Source: Lachnospiraceae bacterium
Lineage (GTDB): Bacteria; Bacillota; Clostridia; Lachnospirales; Lachnospiraceae
Assembly: GCA_045646695.1 (NCBI GenBank)
Contig: JAZRLF010000088.1
Span: 1,026-65,025 of the forward strand
Direction: 5' to 3'
DNA length: 64,000 bases
A model generated the notes under the pieces. It ran no database searches. It was given only the letters and a program-made list of their open reading frames with translations, and was not told the origin of the DNA. Made by a program: the position numbers and the translations under genes. Position 1 is the stretch's first letter. The number at the start of each line of letters is the position of its first letter. Positions 1 to 10,319 of the stretch are shown here, one piece after another.

Positions 1-1289
1 GTTAAATCCTCATGACAGAGCTTCTGCAATGCCTGTGCCAATTTATCGATTTCACCTTTTTCTTTTGCTCTATATGCCTTGTATGTATAAGGAGTAGAAA
101 TCTCAGCCTTACCAAACTGGATAGGTGTAGCCTTGGTTGCTAAGGAGTTACCGGTTCTTGCTGCTGTTAACTTGGCAAGAGCACCGATATCACCGGCATG
201 AAGCTCAGGTACTTCGATAGGCTTATTGCCCTGTAATACATAGAGCTTACCAACCTTTTCCTCGATATCCTTATCCACATTGTAAATCATATCATCAGGT
301 TTCAGAACGCCGGAGCATACCTTAATGAAGCTGTACTTACCGATGAATGGGTCAACCATGGTCTTAAAGATAATTGCAGATTTTGCCTTGGAAAAATCAT
401 AATTTGCATGATAAATCTCGTTGGTCTTACGGTTGATACCCGCGATCTCCTTCTTATCCGGAGACGGTAAATACTTCACGATATCGTCTAACAGTGCATA
501 AACACCCTGACATAATGTGTTAGAGCCCATAGACATAGGTACGATGGAGCCGTCCCATACATTGTATTTCAAAGATGCACGGATTTCTGCTTCGGAGAAT
601 TCCTCGCCTGCAAAGTATCTGTCCATCATTTCTTCACTTGTTTCTGCAACTGCTTCTACTAAAGTGTCGCGGCAGATTGCAAGGTTTGCCTTATTGTAAT
701 CAGGTACTTCACAAGGAGTAACTTCCTTGCCTACCCAACGATTACCGGTCTGGCTGATAACATTAACATAACCAACGAACTTTTCATTCTCACGGATCGG
801 TAAATTAAACGGAGCCATCTTCTTGCCGTAAAGCTCACTCATATCCTCAACTACCTGACGGAAAGATGCATTGTCAACGTCCATTGCTGTAACAAATACC
901 ATACGAGGTAATTTGTACTTTTCACATAAGTCCCATGCTCTCTTGGTGCCGGCTTCTACGCCTGCTTTACCGTTTACTACGATAATAGCGCCGTCTGCAG
1001 CACTTACTGCTTCTTCCACTTCACCAACAAAGTCCATGTAACCAGGAGTATCAAGAATATTCAGTTTGTATTCGCCCCATTCAATCGGAACTACGGAAGT
1101 AGAAAGAGAAATACCTCTCTTCTGCTCTTCCTTACCAAAGTCGCTGACTGTGCTGCCGTCTGCAACATTACCCAGTCTGCTTGTGATACCGGACAGATAA
1201 GTCATTGCCTCCACCAGGCTGGTCTTACCTGCCCCGCCGTGCCCCAAGAGCACTACATTGCGGATTTTGTCCGTTGTATAAGTTTTCAT
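1..1289 (-). CDS. EF-G family translational GTPase (EF-G paralogue), N-terminal ~430 aa; the 3' end lies beyond the window start
   Basis: Absent from the ORF track because it runs off the window. Reverse translation from ATG (1289-1287, GGAGG 9 nt upstream) gives MKTYTTDKIRNVVLLGHGGAGKTSLVEAM...LDTPGYMDFVGEV..., showing the G1 (GHxxxGKT) and G3 (DTPG) motifs followed by EF-G-like domain II. Confidence 0.85.
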   Translation of the reverse strand, partial: MKTYTTDKIRNVVLLGHGGAGKTSLVEAMTYLSGITSRLGNVADGSTVSDFGKEEQKRGISLSTSVVPIEWGEYKLNILDTPGYMDFVGEVEEAVSAADGAIIVVNGKAGVEAGTKRAWDLCEKYKLPRMVFVTAMDVDNASFRQVVEDMSELYGKKMAPFNLPIRENEKFVGYVNVISQTGNRWVGKEVTPCEVPDYNKANLAICRDTLVEAVAETSEEMMDRYFAGEEFSEAEIRASLKYNVWDGSIVPMSMGSNTLCQGVYALLDDIVKYLPSPDKKEIAGINRKTNEIYHANYDFSKAKSAIIFKTMVDPFIGKYSFIKVCSGVLKPDDMIYNVDKDIEEKVGKLYVLQGNKPIEVPELHAGDIGALAKLTAARTGNSLATKATPIQFGKAEISTPYTYKAYRAKEKGEIDKLAQALQKLCHEDL

Positions 1290-1547
1290 ATGTTAATACC
1301 TCCACGATGTATTATTTTCAGATAATTGTGAACATTCACTTATCGTTCAACAATTTTCTAAATCTTAATATACATAATACACAATAATCGCGCATTAATC
1401 AATCTTTTTTTTGATAAGTTTTCTAAATTTTTTATCTTTTTTGAAAAAATTCAAACATTTGGACCTTTTACTATTGAAATTACGGTATATATTATGCCAC
1501 TTACACATATACTTGTTACATCATGAAACCATTTGGACGGTATTTGT

Positions 1548-2084
1548 ATGCAAAAATCGTTAAATTTATGGCAGCTGGGCGGATTTATTTTCACTGTGAT
1601 AGCCGGAACACTACTTCATTTTCTTTATGACTGGACCAATCAAAGTATTTTATTTGCTCCTTTTTCAGCAGTAAATGAATCTGTTTGGGAACATATGAAA
1701 TTATTATTTTTCCCCATGTTCTTATTTGCATTGGTGGAAAGCAAGGCTTTTGAAGAGCATTATCCAAATTTCTGGTGTGTGAAGCTTATAGGCATACTTT
1801 CAGGACTTATACTGATACCTGTACTCTTTTATACCTACACCGGTGCATTTGGTGTTTCCTTTGATTGGGTCAACATCGGAATCTTTGTTTTAGCAGCGGC
1901 TGTTTCGTATTTCTTGGAAGCACAGCTTTTGAAAAGAGAACAAAGATCTTGCGGTGCTCCTCAAGGTGCCCTTTTGATACTCTTTCTATTGGTGCTGGCC
2001 TTTGTGATATTTACCTTCGCTCCTCCCGCTCTTCCACTTTTTGAGGAACCGGATACAAGTGCTTTTACATTCTGTCCCTTTTAA
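1548..2084 (+). CDS. polytopic membrane protein of unknown function
   Basis: ORF 1533..2084; the probable ATG is at 1548. It has several hydrophobic helices (FIFTVIAGTLLHFLY, LLFFPMFLFALV, LIGILSGLILIPVLFY and others). Family not recognised with certainty. Confidence 0.55.
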   Translation: MQKSLNLWQLGGFIFTVIAGTLLHFLYDWTNQSILFAPFSAVNESVWEHMKLLFFPMFLFALVESKAFEEHYPNFWCVKLIGILSGLILIPVLFYTYTGAFGVSFDWVNIGIFVLAAAVSYFLEAQLLKREQRSCGAPQGALLILFLLVLAFVIFTFAPPALPLFEEPDTSAFTFCPF

Positions 2085-2163
2085 AATCCGGTATTTGGCC
2101 GACAGCCACCAGGTTTTGCAGACGTCTGTTTCTTTCCCTATACGCTTTCACTTCCTTAATCAT

Positions 2164-2192
2164 TTGACAAGGCCTCAGTTAATGTATATAAT
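2164..2192 (+). promoter_or_regulatory. consensus sigma-A type promoter upstream of tyrA
   Basis: TTGACA (2164-2169), 17 nt spacer, TATAAT (2187-2192), about 30 nt before the tyrA ATG. Confidence 0.5.
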
Positions 2193-2221
2193 TGTAAGAA
2201 AAAACATTTCAGGTGAATGAT

Positions 2222-3325
2222 ATGCAGACAACTACTTGTTCTTTTATTGGTTTGGGATTAATAGGCGGCTCCATTGCAAGAGCCTTTCGGGAATACTACC
2301 CGGACATGAAAATCAAAGTATTCGACAAGGATATCCCTTCTCTGTCACTGGCTGTAAAGGAGCGTGTAGCCACTTCTATACATACTGAGATTACTCCGGA
2401 TCTGTGCGATGCGGATTATATCTTTCTGTGCGCGCCGGTGTCTGTAAATGCAGACAATCTCCATACGCTAAAGCCCCTGCTTAGACCTGATGCTATTATC
2501 ACAGATGTAGGCAGTGTCAAGACCGGTATCCATGAGACTGTAACAGCCCTAGGTTTAGAGCAACAGTTTATCGGCGGACATCCTATGGCCGGCAGCGAAC
2601 GTTTCGGCTTTGCCAATTCCAAAGTGAATTTACTGGAAAATGCTTATTATATCCTTACCCCGACCCCGCAAGTACCTAAGGACAGGGTTTTGGCCTTAAA
2701 AGAAATGATTACTGCTATCAAAGCCATCCCGCTGGTGATCGCCTGCGCAGAACATGACTATGCTACTGCAGCCATCAGCCATCTGCCTCATATTATCGCC
2801 TCCAGTCTGGTGAATCTGGTGAAAGAAACTGACTCAGAGGACGGATTGATGAAGACCATCGCGGCAGGAGGCTTTAAGGATATTACCCGCATTGCTTCCT
2901 CCAATCCTACTATGTGGCAGCAGATTTGTCTCACTAACACAGACAATATCAAAGAACTATTGGACCGTTATATTCATAATCTGGAGCATATTCGTTCTGA
3001 ATTAGAACAGAAGGATGCCCTGGCCCTTTACAACTTTTTTGATCAGGCCAGAATATACAGAGATTCCTTCAGCAGCACCTCCAGAGGTTCTATTATGCCA
3101 TCTTATACCATTAGTATCGAGATTCCGGACAAGCCCGGTGCTTTGGCGGAAATCACTGTACTTTTGGCTAAGCATGACTTGAGTATCAAGAATATGAACA
3201 TTGTACATAACAGAGAGGCAGAATTCGGTGCCCTGACCATAGAATTCTACAGTCGGGCAGATATGCTTAAAGCCGTAGAGCTTTTGCAGCAGGATGCATT
3301 TACCACCTATTTAAAGAAAAATTAA
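2222..3325 (+). CDS. tyrA: prephenate dehydrogenase with C-terminal ACT-like domain
   Basis: N-terminal Rossmann motif GLGLIGGSIA, the HPMAGSE core typical of prephenate/arogenate dehydrogenases, and a C-terminal ~70 aa ACT-like tail. ATG at 2222 follows AGGTG. Confidence 0.85.
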   Translation: MQTTTCSFIGLGLIGGSIARAFREYYPDMKIKVFDKDIPSLSLAVKERVATSIHTEITPDLCDADYIFLCAPVSVNADNLHTLKPLLRPDAIITDVGSVKTGIHETVTALGLEQQFIGGHPMAGSERFGFANSKVNLLENAYYILTPTPQVPKDRVLALKEMITAIKAIPLVIACAEHDYATAAISHLPHIIASSLVNLVKETDSEDGLMKTIAAGGFKDITRIASSNPTMWQQICLTNTDNIKELLDRYIHNLEHIRSELEQKDALALYNFFDQARIYRDSFSSTSRGSIMPSYTISIEIPDKPGALAEITVLLAKHDLSIKNMNIVHNREAEFGALTIEFYSRADMLKAVELLQQDAFTTYLKKN

Positions 3326-3421
3326 TTTTTTTCTGTATACATTTGAACATTTTACTTTTTACAGTTATTTTATAGTTCTTTTCAGACTGTTTATTACTGA
3401 TATATGAATTCAGAGGTTACT

Positions 3422-4627
3422 ATGCAAAAATTATACAGTTCCGGTGCCTTTGCCCGTAAAGCACGGGTCAGCCTCAGAACCATTCGCTACTATGACAAAA
3501 TCAATTTATTAAAACCTACCAAGGTGGAAGATAACGGCCGAAGGTACTATACCGACGAAGATTTCGCCAGACTTCAGCAAATTCTTACTTTTAAAATGCT
3601 GGGCTTTTCTTTAGAGGATATAAAGGCCATGACCATTTCCGTTCCCGACAGAGACACTTTGCAAAAATCTCTTTCCATGCAGCTGTCTCTTGTTCGTATG
3701 CAAAAAGCCCAGCTTGCCCAAATGGAGCAAGCGCTTTTAGAAGCGGATGCCTTTTTAAGCACCAATGAACAGTTAGATATGAACCACATGGCCAACCTGA
3801 TTCATTTATCTACTGCCAGACACACCCTTCAGGAACAATACAAAACCACTCAGAATATCGATGCACGTGTGCGGCTCCATAAAGAATGCTCTGTCAATCC
3901 TACAGGATGGTTTCCTTGGGTATTTTCTCATTGTCAATTAACAGAAGGCTTACGGATTCTGGAACTGGGCTGTGGTAACGGTGCTCTGTGGATTGACAAT
4001 AAAGAATCCATTCCGCAGAATATACACCTGTGTCTGACAGATATTTCCGAAGGACTTTTGGAAGAAACCCGGTTAAAATTAAAAAAAGAACTGGCGGAGA
4101 CTATTTCCACCAAAAATCTTTCCCTCTCCTTCACTTCCTGTGATTGCCAACGGATTCTTTTTGAGGATGCTTCCCTTGATGTGGTGATTGCAAATCACTT
4201 ACTTTTTTATGTAGAAGACCGAAATACGGTTTATCAGGAGATTTTGCGGGTACTTAAGCCGGGTGGACGTTTTATCGCCTCTACCTATGGCCCGAAACAT
4301 ATGATGGAAATCACCTCATTGGTACAGGAATTTCACCCAGCTATCACCCTCGCAGACAAGGAGCTTTACGAAGTATTCGGTTTGCAAAATGGCGCTGAGG
4401 AGCTGGAAGCACATTTTACAGAGGTACAGACTCAATATTATGAGGACAGTCTGTCTGTATCTAATCCTCAGCTTTTACTGGAATATATCCTCTCCTGTCA
4501 CGGTAATCAGAACGAGTATCTGCTGCCAAAATATCAGGAATTCAAAAATATGCTTACACAGAAATTATCTTCAAAGCCATTTTACATTACCAAAGAAGCC
4601 GGATTATTCGTTTGCCGTAAAAAATAA
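3422..4627 (+). CDS. MerR-family HTH regulator fused to a class I SAM-dependent methyltransferase domain
   Basis: N-terminus FARKARVSLRTIRYYDKINLLKP...RRYYTDEDF is a MerR HTH. The C-terminal part has methyltransferase motif I (ILELGCGNGALW) and LKPGGRF. Confidence 0.8.
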   Translation: MQKLYSSGAFARKARVSLRTIRYYDKINLLKPTKVEDNGRRYYTDEDFARLQQILTFKMLGFSLEDIKAMTISVPDRDTLQKSLSMQLSLVRMQKAQLAQMEQALLEADAFLSTNEQLDMNHMANLIHLSTARHTLQEQYKTTQNIDARVRLHKECSVNPTGWFPWVFSHCQLTEGLRILELGCGNGALWIDNKESIPQNIHLCLTDISEGLLEETRLKLKKELAETISTKNLSLSFTSCDCQRILFEDASLDVVIANHLLFYVEDRNTVYQEILRVLKPGGRFIASTYGPKHMMEITSLVQEFHPAITLADKELYEVFGLQNGAEELEAHFTEVQTQYYEDSLSVSNPQLLLEYILSCHGNQNEYLLPKYQEFKNMLTQKLSSKPFYITKEAGLFVCRKK

Positions 4628-4635
4628 TGTACCCA

Positions 4636-4676
4636 AAAGCCTCCATCCCTTAGCCTGAGGAATGGAGGCTTTTTAA
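4636..4676. terminator. bidirectional intrinsic terminator between convergent genes
   Basis: AAAGCCTCCATCC...GGAATGGAGGCTTTTT hairpin flanked by an A-run and a T-run. Confidence 0.6.
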
Positions 4677-4699
4677 ACCTGACTTATTCGCTTTGTTCT

Positions 4700-5989
4700 T
4701 TACCATGTACAAGTAATCAGTCCGTCTTCTTCCAGATGAAGTTTGGTTCCATAAGGTTCACACATTTTAGCCAAATAATCAAAAATCTCCGGATTATAAC
4801 TCCTTCTCGGCAAACCTCTCTCAGATTTATATCCATCCATGCTCATTTCAATTGGCATCAAAACCAGCTTTGTAAGCTTTGTACCATTAGTCTCCCAATA
4901 TGGAATAACGGAACGGGCCATCCTTTTATCAGTCATAAGACCTACCGTAAAATCTTTGGAGCGCTTTTTTAACAGTTCATGAACAGTTGACGCAGCAGTC
5001 AATCCATTTTTTTCATAGAAATCTGCAGGTGCCAGCTCTACACTATACAACTGCAACGCAAAATCACCCAATGAATAGAATATCGGACAATCCTTATAAA
5101 TCTCAATTGGGCGCAGCAAATGGGGACCGTGTCCGATAATGGCATGAGCACCGAAATCGATACAACGATGAGCAAATTCCTTTAAAAATTCTGCAGGATT
5201 TTCTTTTGCATCACCACTGAGCTGATGAGAATGAATGGAAACCATAATATAATCTGCCTGAAGCTTCGCTTCGTATATGGCCTTTTCCAAACGGGCCATA
5301 TCTTTCTCATTCAGTCTCATCACATACTTGGCTTCTTCACCCTTCTTAAATTTTAATTCTCCTAATTCTCCTTCGTCCTCTGCCAGCTCCCCATGATAGC
5401 CTTCCTTACGGGTAATTTCCTTTTCCGCATTGATATTTGTCTCTTTTGCTATCTGTCTGAGCAGATCAAATTCTTTTTGAGGCAGCTGTATGTATTTTTC
5501 CAGTCGCAAGCCGTTGATTCCCGGTCTGCCCGGAACTCTTGGTGATTGTTCGCCTGCCATCATGCAATCTTCAAAAGAAGTATTCACCGCAATCAAAGCC
5601 ACACGACCACCGGCTGTTTCCAAATACCTTGGTGCAGATGCTTCTGCCAGGTTTCTTCCTACACCGCTGTGTACCAAACCGCTGTCATTCACATAATCTA
5701 TGGTGGCTTCTAAACCATCATAATGAAAATCCATAGCATGATTATTGTTAAAGCTGGTGATATTAAATCCAAATTTCTTAATATCCTCCAACACTTCCGG
5801 ATTCGTACGTAAATAGGTACCTCCACTGTATTGAGAAGCACATGTTTCTCCTTCATGATTTAATGTCGTTTCCAGATTGAAAAATCTTCCGTCTCCTTGC
5901 TTAATAAAATCTGAAAGTTCTTCATATCCCTTAAATTCAGGGAAAATTCTTTGTTGAATCAACATATCTCCTGCAGCTGTAAATTTCAT
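4700..5989 (-). CDS. CapA/PGA_cap family metallophosphatase-like protein
   Basis: Motifs GD(M)L, FNLETTL, NNNHAMDFHYDG, VSIHSHQ and GHGPH are typical of CapA-family proteins. Confidence 0.8.
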   Translation of the reverse strand: MKFTAAGDMLIQQRIFPEFKGYEELSDFIKQGDGRFFNLETTLNHEGETCASQYSGGTYLRTNPEVLEDIKKFGFNITSFNNNHAMDFHYDGLEATIDYVNDSGLVHSGVGRNLAEASAPRYLETAGGRVALIAVNTSFEDCMMAGEQSPRVPGRPGINGLRLEKYIQLPQKEFDLLRQIAKETNINAEKEITRKEGYHGELAEDEGELGELKFKKGEEAKYVMRLNEKDMARLEKAIYEAKLQADYIMVSIHSHQLSGDAKENPAEFLKEFAHRCIDFGAHAIIGHGPHLLRPIEIYKDCPIFYSLGDFALQLYSVELAPADFYEKNGLTAASTVHELLKKRSKDFTVGLMTDKRMARSVIPYWETNGTKLTKLVLMPIEMSMDGYKSERGLPRRSYNPEIFDYLAKMCEPYGTKLHLEEDGLITCTW

Positions 5990-5992
5990 AAT

Positions 5993-7126
5993 TTATTCCT
6001 CCGTTAATGTAAGTCCGGTTCTGATAGCAATTTCCAGTCCCGGTACTAAAGATTCTTTGTCTACCCACTCTTCTCTTGTGTGCATACCCTCATGAATATT
6101 TACTCCAATACACAATGCAGCTACTCCCAGAGAAAGTGGAATATTACAATCTGTTGAAGAGCTTGCAAAAGAAACCTTTTTGTCGATAACATCTTCAATT
6201 ACAGGTACTACTTTATCCTTTAAAGCTTCCACTTTCGCATTGTCGATATTGCTGCAAGGTCTTTCTCCAACCCTGGTCACACGAACCTGCACTTTATCAG
6301 ACTCTGCATTTTTAAATATACGCTCAAATTCTGTCTGCATAATTTCCATACAGTCCTTGTGATCTGAACGATATTCACAAAGCATGTTTGCATTCTGTGC
6401 GATGGTATTTACAGATGTGCCTCCTGATATAGTACCTATATTATAAGTTGTTTTACTGCCATCCATAGCAGGAACTTCTATTTTGTAAATATCTGAAACC
6501 ATCTTGGATAATTCTGCAATAGCATTCTGGTTGCCAAATGCAAGATATGAATGTCCCCCTTCTGTCAGCACCTCTACCTCATATCGATGAGATCCTACAC
6601 AACGGTCAGCCACCACATCCAGGCTACTGTCAAAAGTAATAAACTGCTTAATTCTGCCTGCATAATCTTTGAATAACTGTCTGGTTCCTTTCAGATTGCC
6701 AAGACCTTCCTCACAGGAATTACATACAAATAAAATGCCTTTCTTTGGTGCAAGCTTCTGTTCCAGGAAAAACTTAGCCATCATCAAAAGTACTGCTACA
6801 CTGGCTGTATCATCAGAAGCCCCCGGACAGTGGATCTTTTCTCCATCATCAAAATACGGCATAGGCTCCATATCCGGAAATACCGTATCGGTATGTGCTG
6901 CAAATACAGTGATTTCATCGCTGTTTTCACAATTTAATCCCCAAATCACATTTAAGGCCTGGTCTATATAAACACCTTCTGCTCCCACTTTTTCCAACCA
7001 ATTCTTACAGTATTCCGCTCTTTTATGTTCAAAATGAGATGGTGCGGGAATACCACATAACTCCTTTAAAGTTTCCAACATCAGCTCTTTATTTTCCATT
7101 ATGTAATTATTAATTATTTGCTTCAA
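5993..7126 (-). CDS. M20 family metallopeptidase (tripeptidase/ArgE/DapE-like)
   Basis: AAHTDTVFP, ASDDTASVA and CEEGLGNLKG motifs. The start is uncertain: TTG at 7126 lies 8 nt after GGGAGG; alternatives are ATG 7099 and ATG 7156. Confidence 0.8.
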   Translation of the reverse strand: MKQIINNYIMENKELMLETLKELCGIPAPSHFEHKRAEYCKNWLEKVGAEGVYIDQALNVIWGLNCENSDEITVFAAHTDTVFPDMEPMPYFDDGEKIHCPGASDDTASVAVLLMMAKFFLEQKLAPKKGILFVCNSCEEGLGNLKGTRQLFKDYAGRIKQFITFDSSLDVVADRCVGSHRYEVEVLTEGGHSYLAFGNQNAIAELSKMVSDIYKIEVPAMDGSKTTYNIGTISGGTSVNTIAQNANMLCEYRSDHKDCMEIMQTEFERIFKNAESDKVQVRVTRVGERPCSNIDNAKVEALKDKVVPVIEDVIDKKVSFASSSTDCNIPLSLGVAALCIGVNIHEGMHTREEWVDKESLVPGLEIAIRTGLTLTEE

Positions 7127-7215
7127 GTTCTTTACCTCCCAATGCAGATCATGCAACAGTTTCCAAAAGCACTTCTACTTATCTGTTTTTTCTATACTTT
7201 GATTATACGTCACCT

Positions 7216-7239
7216 TATACAATTGTAAACAATTGTATA
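7216..7239. promoter_or_regulatory. perfect 11-2-11 palindrome in the divergent M20/LysR intergenic region (candidate LysR-type operator)
   Basis: TATACAATTGT-AA-ACAATTGTATA lies between divergently transcribed genes. It is compatible with the T-N11-A architecture of LysR sites. Confidence 0.4.
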
Positions 7240-7326
7240 GATTGTTCTTTCCACACTTTCAAAGTTGTGGTATACTGTGTAGAAAAGATATAAATTCCAT
7301 ACCCTAAAGAAAGGAGCACAAAAATC

Positions 7327-8178
7327 ATGGAGCTTTTACAACTGCGTTATTTTTATGAAAGTGCCAAAAACGGAAGCTTTGCCAAAACTGCCGAAAAATA
7401 CATTGTTCCTGCCACTTCTGTTTCTGCTTCCGTACGCAGACTGGAAAAGGAACTTGGCTGTTCCCTTTTTGACCGTTCTTGCAACCGCATCCAATTAAAC
7501 GATAATGGCCGCAAATTACTCCAATCTCTCAATGTTATTTTTCATGAATTAGACCAGACTGTTGATTTTCTTACCGCTGCAAGTACAGACACCCGTGAAA
7601 TCAAGATGCTTGTTAAAGCAATGCGTATGGAAATCACCAATTACATCATTGAATACAAAACCAGGCATCCTCACATTTCATTCAAAACTGTTTTTAACTT
7701 TGAGGAACAAAATTACGAAAATTACGATATTATCATTGATGAGGACTCTGCATTTTACGAATCCTTTGAAAAGATTACCCTTTTTGAAACAAAGCTTCGA
7801 CTGAGGGCCTCCAAAAACAACAGTCTGTGCCATCAAAAGCTTACACTAAAGCAATTATCAGGCCAGCCCTTTGTTTCTATCGGTGAAAATAACGGAATGC
7901 ACAAAATCCTTTTAAACGCCTGCCAAAGAGCCGGTTTCATTCCAAACATCGTGGTATCCAGCAATGACTTGGAATGCAATCGCAAATTCGTGGAAGCGGG
8001 CGTAGGAATCGGTATCGGACGGGAATATCCTCATTCCTCCATGCCAGAAAATCTATCATACCTGGATGTCATAGATTTTAATGAAAAGCAGATCATATGT
8101 GCTTATTACAAAAAGCATTCAGCCTATGGAAATGTAATGCATTTTTTAAATTTTTTAAAAAATAATACTTGCAGGTGA
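7327..8178 (+). CDS. LysR family transcriptional regulator
   Basis: N-terminal MELLQLRYFYESAKNGSFAKTAEKYIVPATSVSASVRRLEKELG (LysR HTH) plus a substrate-binding domain of the expected length. Confidence 0.9.
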   Translation: MELLQLRYFYESAKNGSFAKTAEKYIVPATSVSASVRRLEKELGCSLFDRSCNRIQLNDNGRKLLQSLNVIFHELDQTVDFLTAASTDTREIKMLVKAMRMEITNYIIEYKTRHPHISFKTVFNFEEQNYENYDIIIDEDSAFYESFEKITLFETKLRLRASKNNSLCHQKLTLKQLSGQPFVSIGENNGMHKILLNACQRAGFIPNIVVSSNDLECNRKFVEAGVGIGIGREYPHSSMPENLSYLDVIDFNEKQIICAYYKKHSAYGNVMHFLNFLKNNTCR

Positions 8179-8301
8179 CGTAACGTCACCCTATACAATG
8201 TATATAGCGGGCAAAAAAGACCGAAAAATACTATAAAACCCATTTATTTGCCCATAATAACTATAAAAAATACAAACTCATATCACGAAAGGACACTGAC
8301 T

Positions 8302-9330
8302 ATGAACATTATCGTAACAGGCGGCGCCGGTTTTATCGGTGCAAACTTTGTTTATTACCAGCTGGAAAAACATCCACAAGACAGAATCATTTGTCTTGAC
8401 GCACTTACCTACGCAGGAAATCTGGAAACTTTAGAGGAAGCAATGAAGTCTCCTAACTTCCGATTTGTAAAAGGAGATATTGCAGACAGAGATTTTGTAT
8501 ACAATTTATTTGAAGAGGAACATCCGGACATTGTTGTAAACTTTGCAGCTGAGTCCCATGTAGACCGTTCTATTGAAAATCCCGAAATTTTCTTAAAGAC
8601 CAATATTATGGGCACCCAGGTGTTAATGGATGCCTGCCGCAAATATGGTATTCAGCGTTACCATCAGGTTTCCACTGATGAAGTATACGGTGATTTACCT
8701 TTAGATCGCCCGGACTTATTCTTTACAGAAAAAACACCTATCCATACCTCCAGCCCATACTCTTCCAGTAAGGCAGGTGCAGATTTATTAGTACTGGCTT
8801 ATTACAGAACCTTTGGACTGCCGGTTTCCATTACCCGTTGCTCCAATAACTATGGTCCGTACCACTTCCCTGAGAAGCTCATTCCTCTTATGATCAGCCG
8901 TGCTCTTGCTGACGAGCTGCTGCCGGTTTACGGAAAGGGCGAGAATATCCGCGACTGGTTATACGTAAAGGATCACTGCTCTGCCATCGATTTAGTTATG
9001 AGAAAGGGTCGAGTTGGCGAAGTATACAATGTAGGCGGTCATAATGAGCGCACTAATTTAGAAGTAGTTAAGACCATTCTTGCACAGCTTGGCAAGCCGG
9101 AAAGTCTGATCACTTATGTAACTGACAGACCGGGACATGATATGCGCTATGCCATTGATCCAACCAAGATTCATACTGAATTGGGATGGCTGCCTGAGAC
9201 CAAGTTCGACGACGGCATTAAGGCTACTATTCAGTGGTATCTTGAGCATGAAGACTGGTGGAAAAATATATTAAGTGGTGATTACCAAAATTATTTCCAG
9301 AAAATGTATGTAGAAAAGGGACGCGCATAA
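8302..9330 (+). CDS. rfbB: dTDP-glucose 4,6-dehydratase
   Basis: MNIIVTGGAGFIGANF, the SxxxxD...YSSSKA catalytic YxxxK motif, and the typical RfbB C-terminus. ATG at 8302 follows GAAAGGA. Confidence 0.95.
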   Translation: MNIIVTGGAGFIGANFVYYQLEKHPQDRIICLDALTYAGNLETLEEAMKSPNFRFVKGDIADRDFVYNLFEEEHPDIVVNFAAESHVDRSIENPEIFLKTNIMGTQVLMDACRKYGIQRYHQVSTDEVYGDLPLDRPDLFFTEKTPIHTSSPYSSSKAGADLLVLAYYRTFGLPVSITRCSNNYGPYHFPEKLIPLMISRALADELLPVYGKGENIRDWLYVKDHCSAIDLVMRKGRVGEVYNVGGHNERTNLEVVKTILAQLGKPESLITYVTDRPGHDMRYAIDPTKIHTELGWLPETKFDDGIKATIQWYLEHEDWWKNILSGDYQNYFQKMYVEKGRA

Positions 9331-9413
9331 ATTATGCTGGCCGACCGGAAAATTGTAATAACAATTTTTTATAAACAGGTTGTATCCACAAAAGAAAGGG
9401 ACATTTCAAAATT

Positions 9414-10262
9414 ATGAGAGTTTTAGTAACCGGAGTAAAGGGTCAGCTTGGCTTTGATGTAGTAAGAGAATTAGAAAAGCGCGGTCACGTAGCTATCGGC
9501 ACAGATGTAGACAATATGGATATTACCGATGCTGCAGCTGTTTATCAGGTAATTGCCGACACAAAGCCGGATGCTGTCATTCACTGTGCCGCTTACACTG
9601 CTGTAGATGCTGCAGAAGACAATGTGGACCTGTGCAGACGCATCAATGCCGCCGGAACCGAACATATTGCACGCACATGCAAAGAATTTGATATTAAAAT
9701 GCTTTATATTTCCACGGATTATGTATTTGATGGTGAAGGAACCCATTTCTGGCAGCCTGATGATGTACGCAGCCCGTTAAATGTATACGGTCAGACCAAA
9801 TATGAAGGCGAGCTTGCCGTAGAATCTCTTTTAGATAAATATTATATTGTTCGCATTGCATGGGTGTTTGGCTTAAATGGCAAAAATTTCATCAAAACCA
9901 TGTTAAACCTGGGCAAAACCAGAGACCATTTGACAGTTGTAGATGACCAGATTGGCTCTCCTACCTACACCTATGACTTGGCCAAGCTTCTGGTAGATAT
10001 GATAGAAACGGATAAATACGGCCGATATCATGCTACCAACGAAGGAATATGCAGTTGGTATGATTTTGCTTGTGAAATCTTTAAGCAGGCAGGTTACGAC
10101 CATGTAACTGTAACACCTGTCTCTGCCAGTGAATATCCGGCCAAGGCAAAGCGTCCATCCAATAGCCGCATGTCTAAAGACAAGCTTACTGAAAATGGTT
10201 TTGCAAAGCTACCTACATGGCAGGATGCACTGAGCAGATATTTACAAGAACTGGAACATTAA
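9414..10262 (+). CDS. rfbD: dTDP-4-dehydrorhamnose reductase
   Basis: MRVLVTGVKGQLG, AAYTAVDAAE, YGQTKYEGE; the length of 282 aa is typical of RfbD/RmlD. Confidence 0.9.
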   Translation: MRVLVTGVKGQLGFDVVRELEKRGHVAIGTDVDNMDITDAAAVYQVIADTKPDAVIHCAAYTAVDAAEDNVDLCRRINAAGTEHIARTCKEFDIKMLYISTDYVFDGEGTHFWQPDDVRSPLNVYGQTKYEGELAVESLLDKYYIVRIAWVFGLNGKNFIKTMLNLGKTRDHLTVVDDQIGSPTYTYDLAKLLVDMIETDKYGRYHATNEGICSWYDFACEIFKQAGYDHVTVTPVSASEYPAKAKRPSNSRMSKDKLTENGFAKLPTWQDALSRYLQELEH

Positions 10263-10319
10263 TCAACATTTTTAATATTATCCATTATATGAATCCTTGT
10301 GTTCGGACTGAACATAAAT

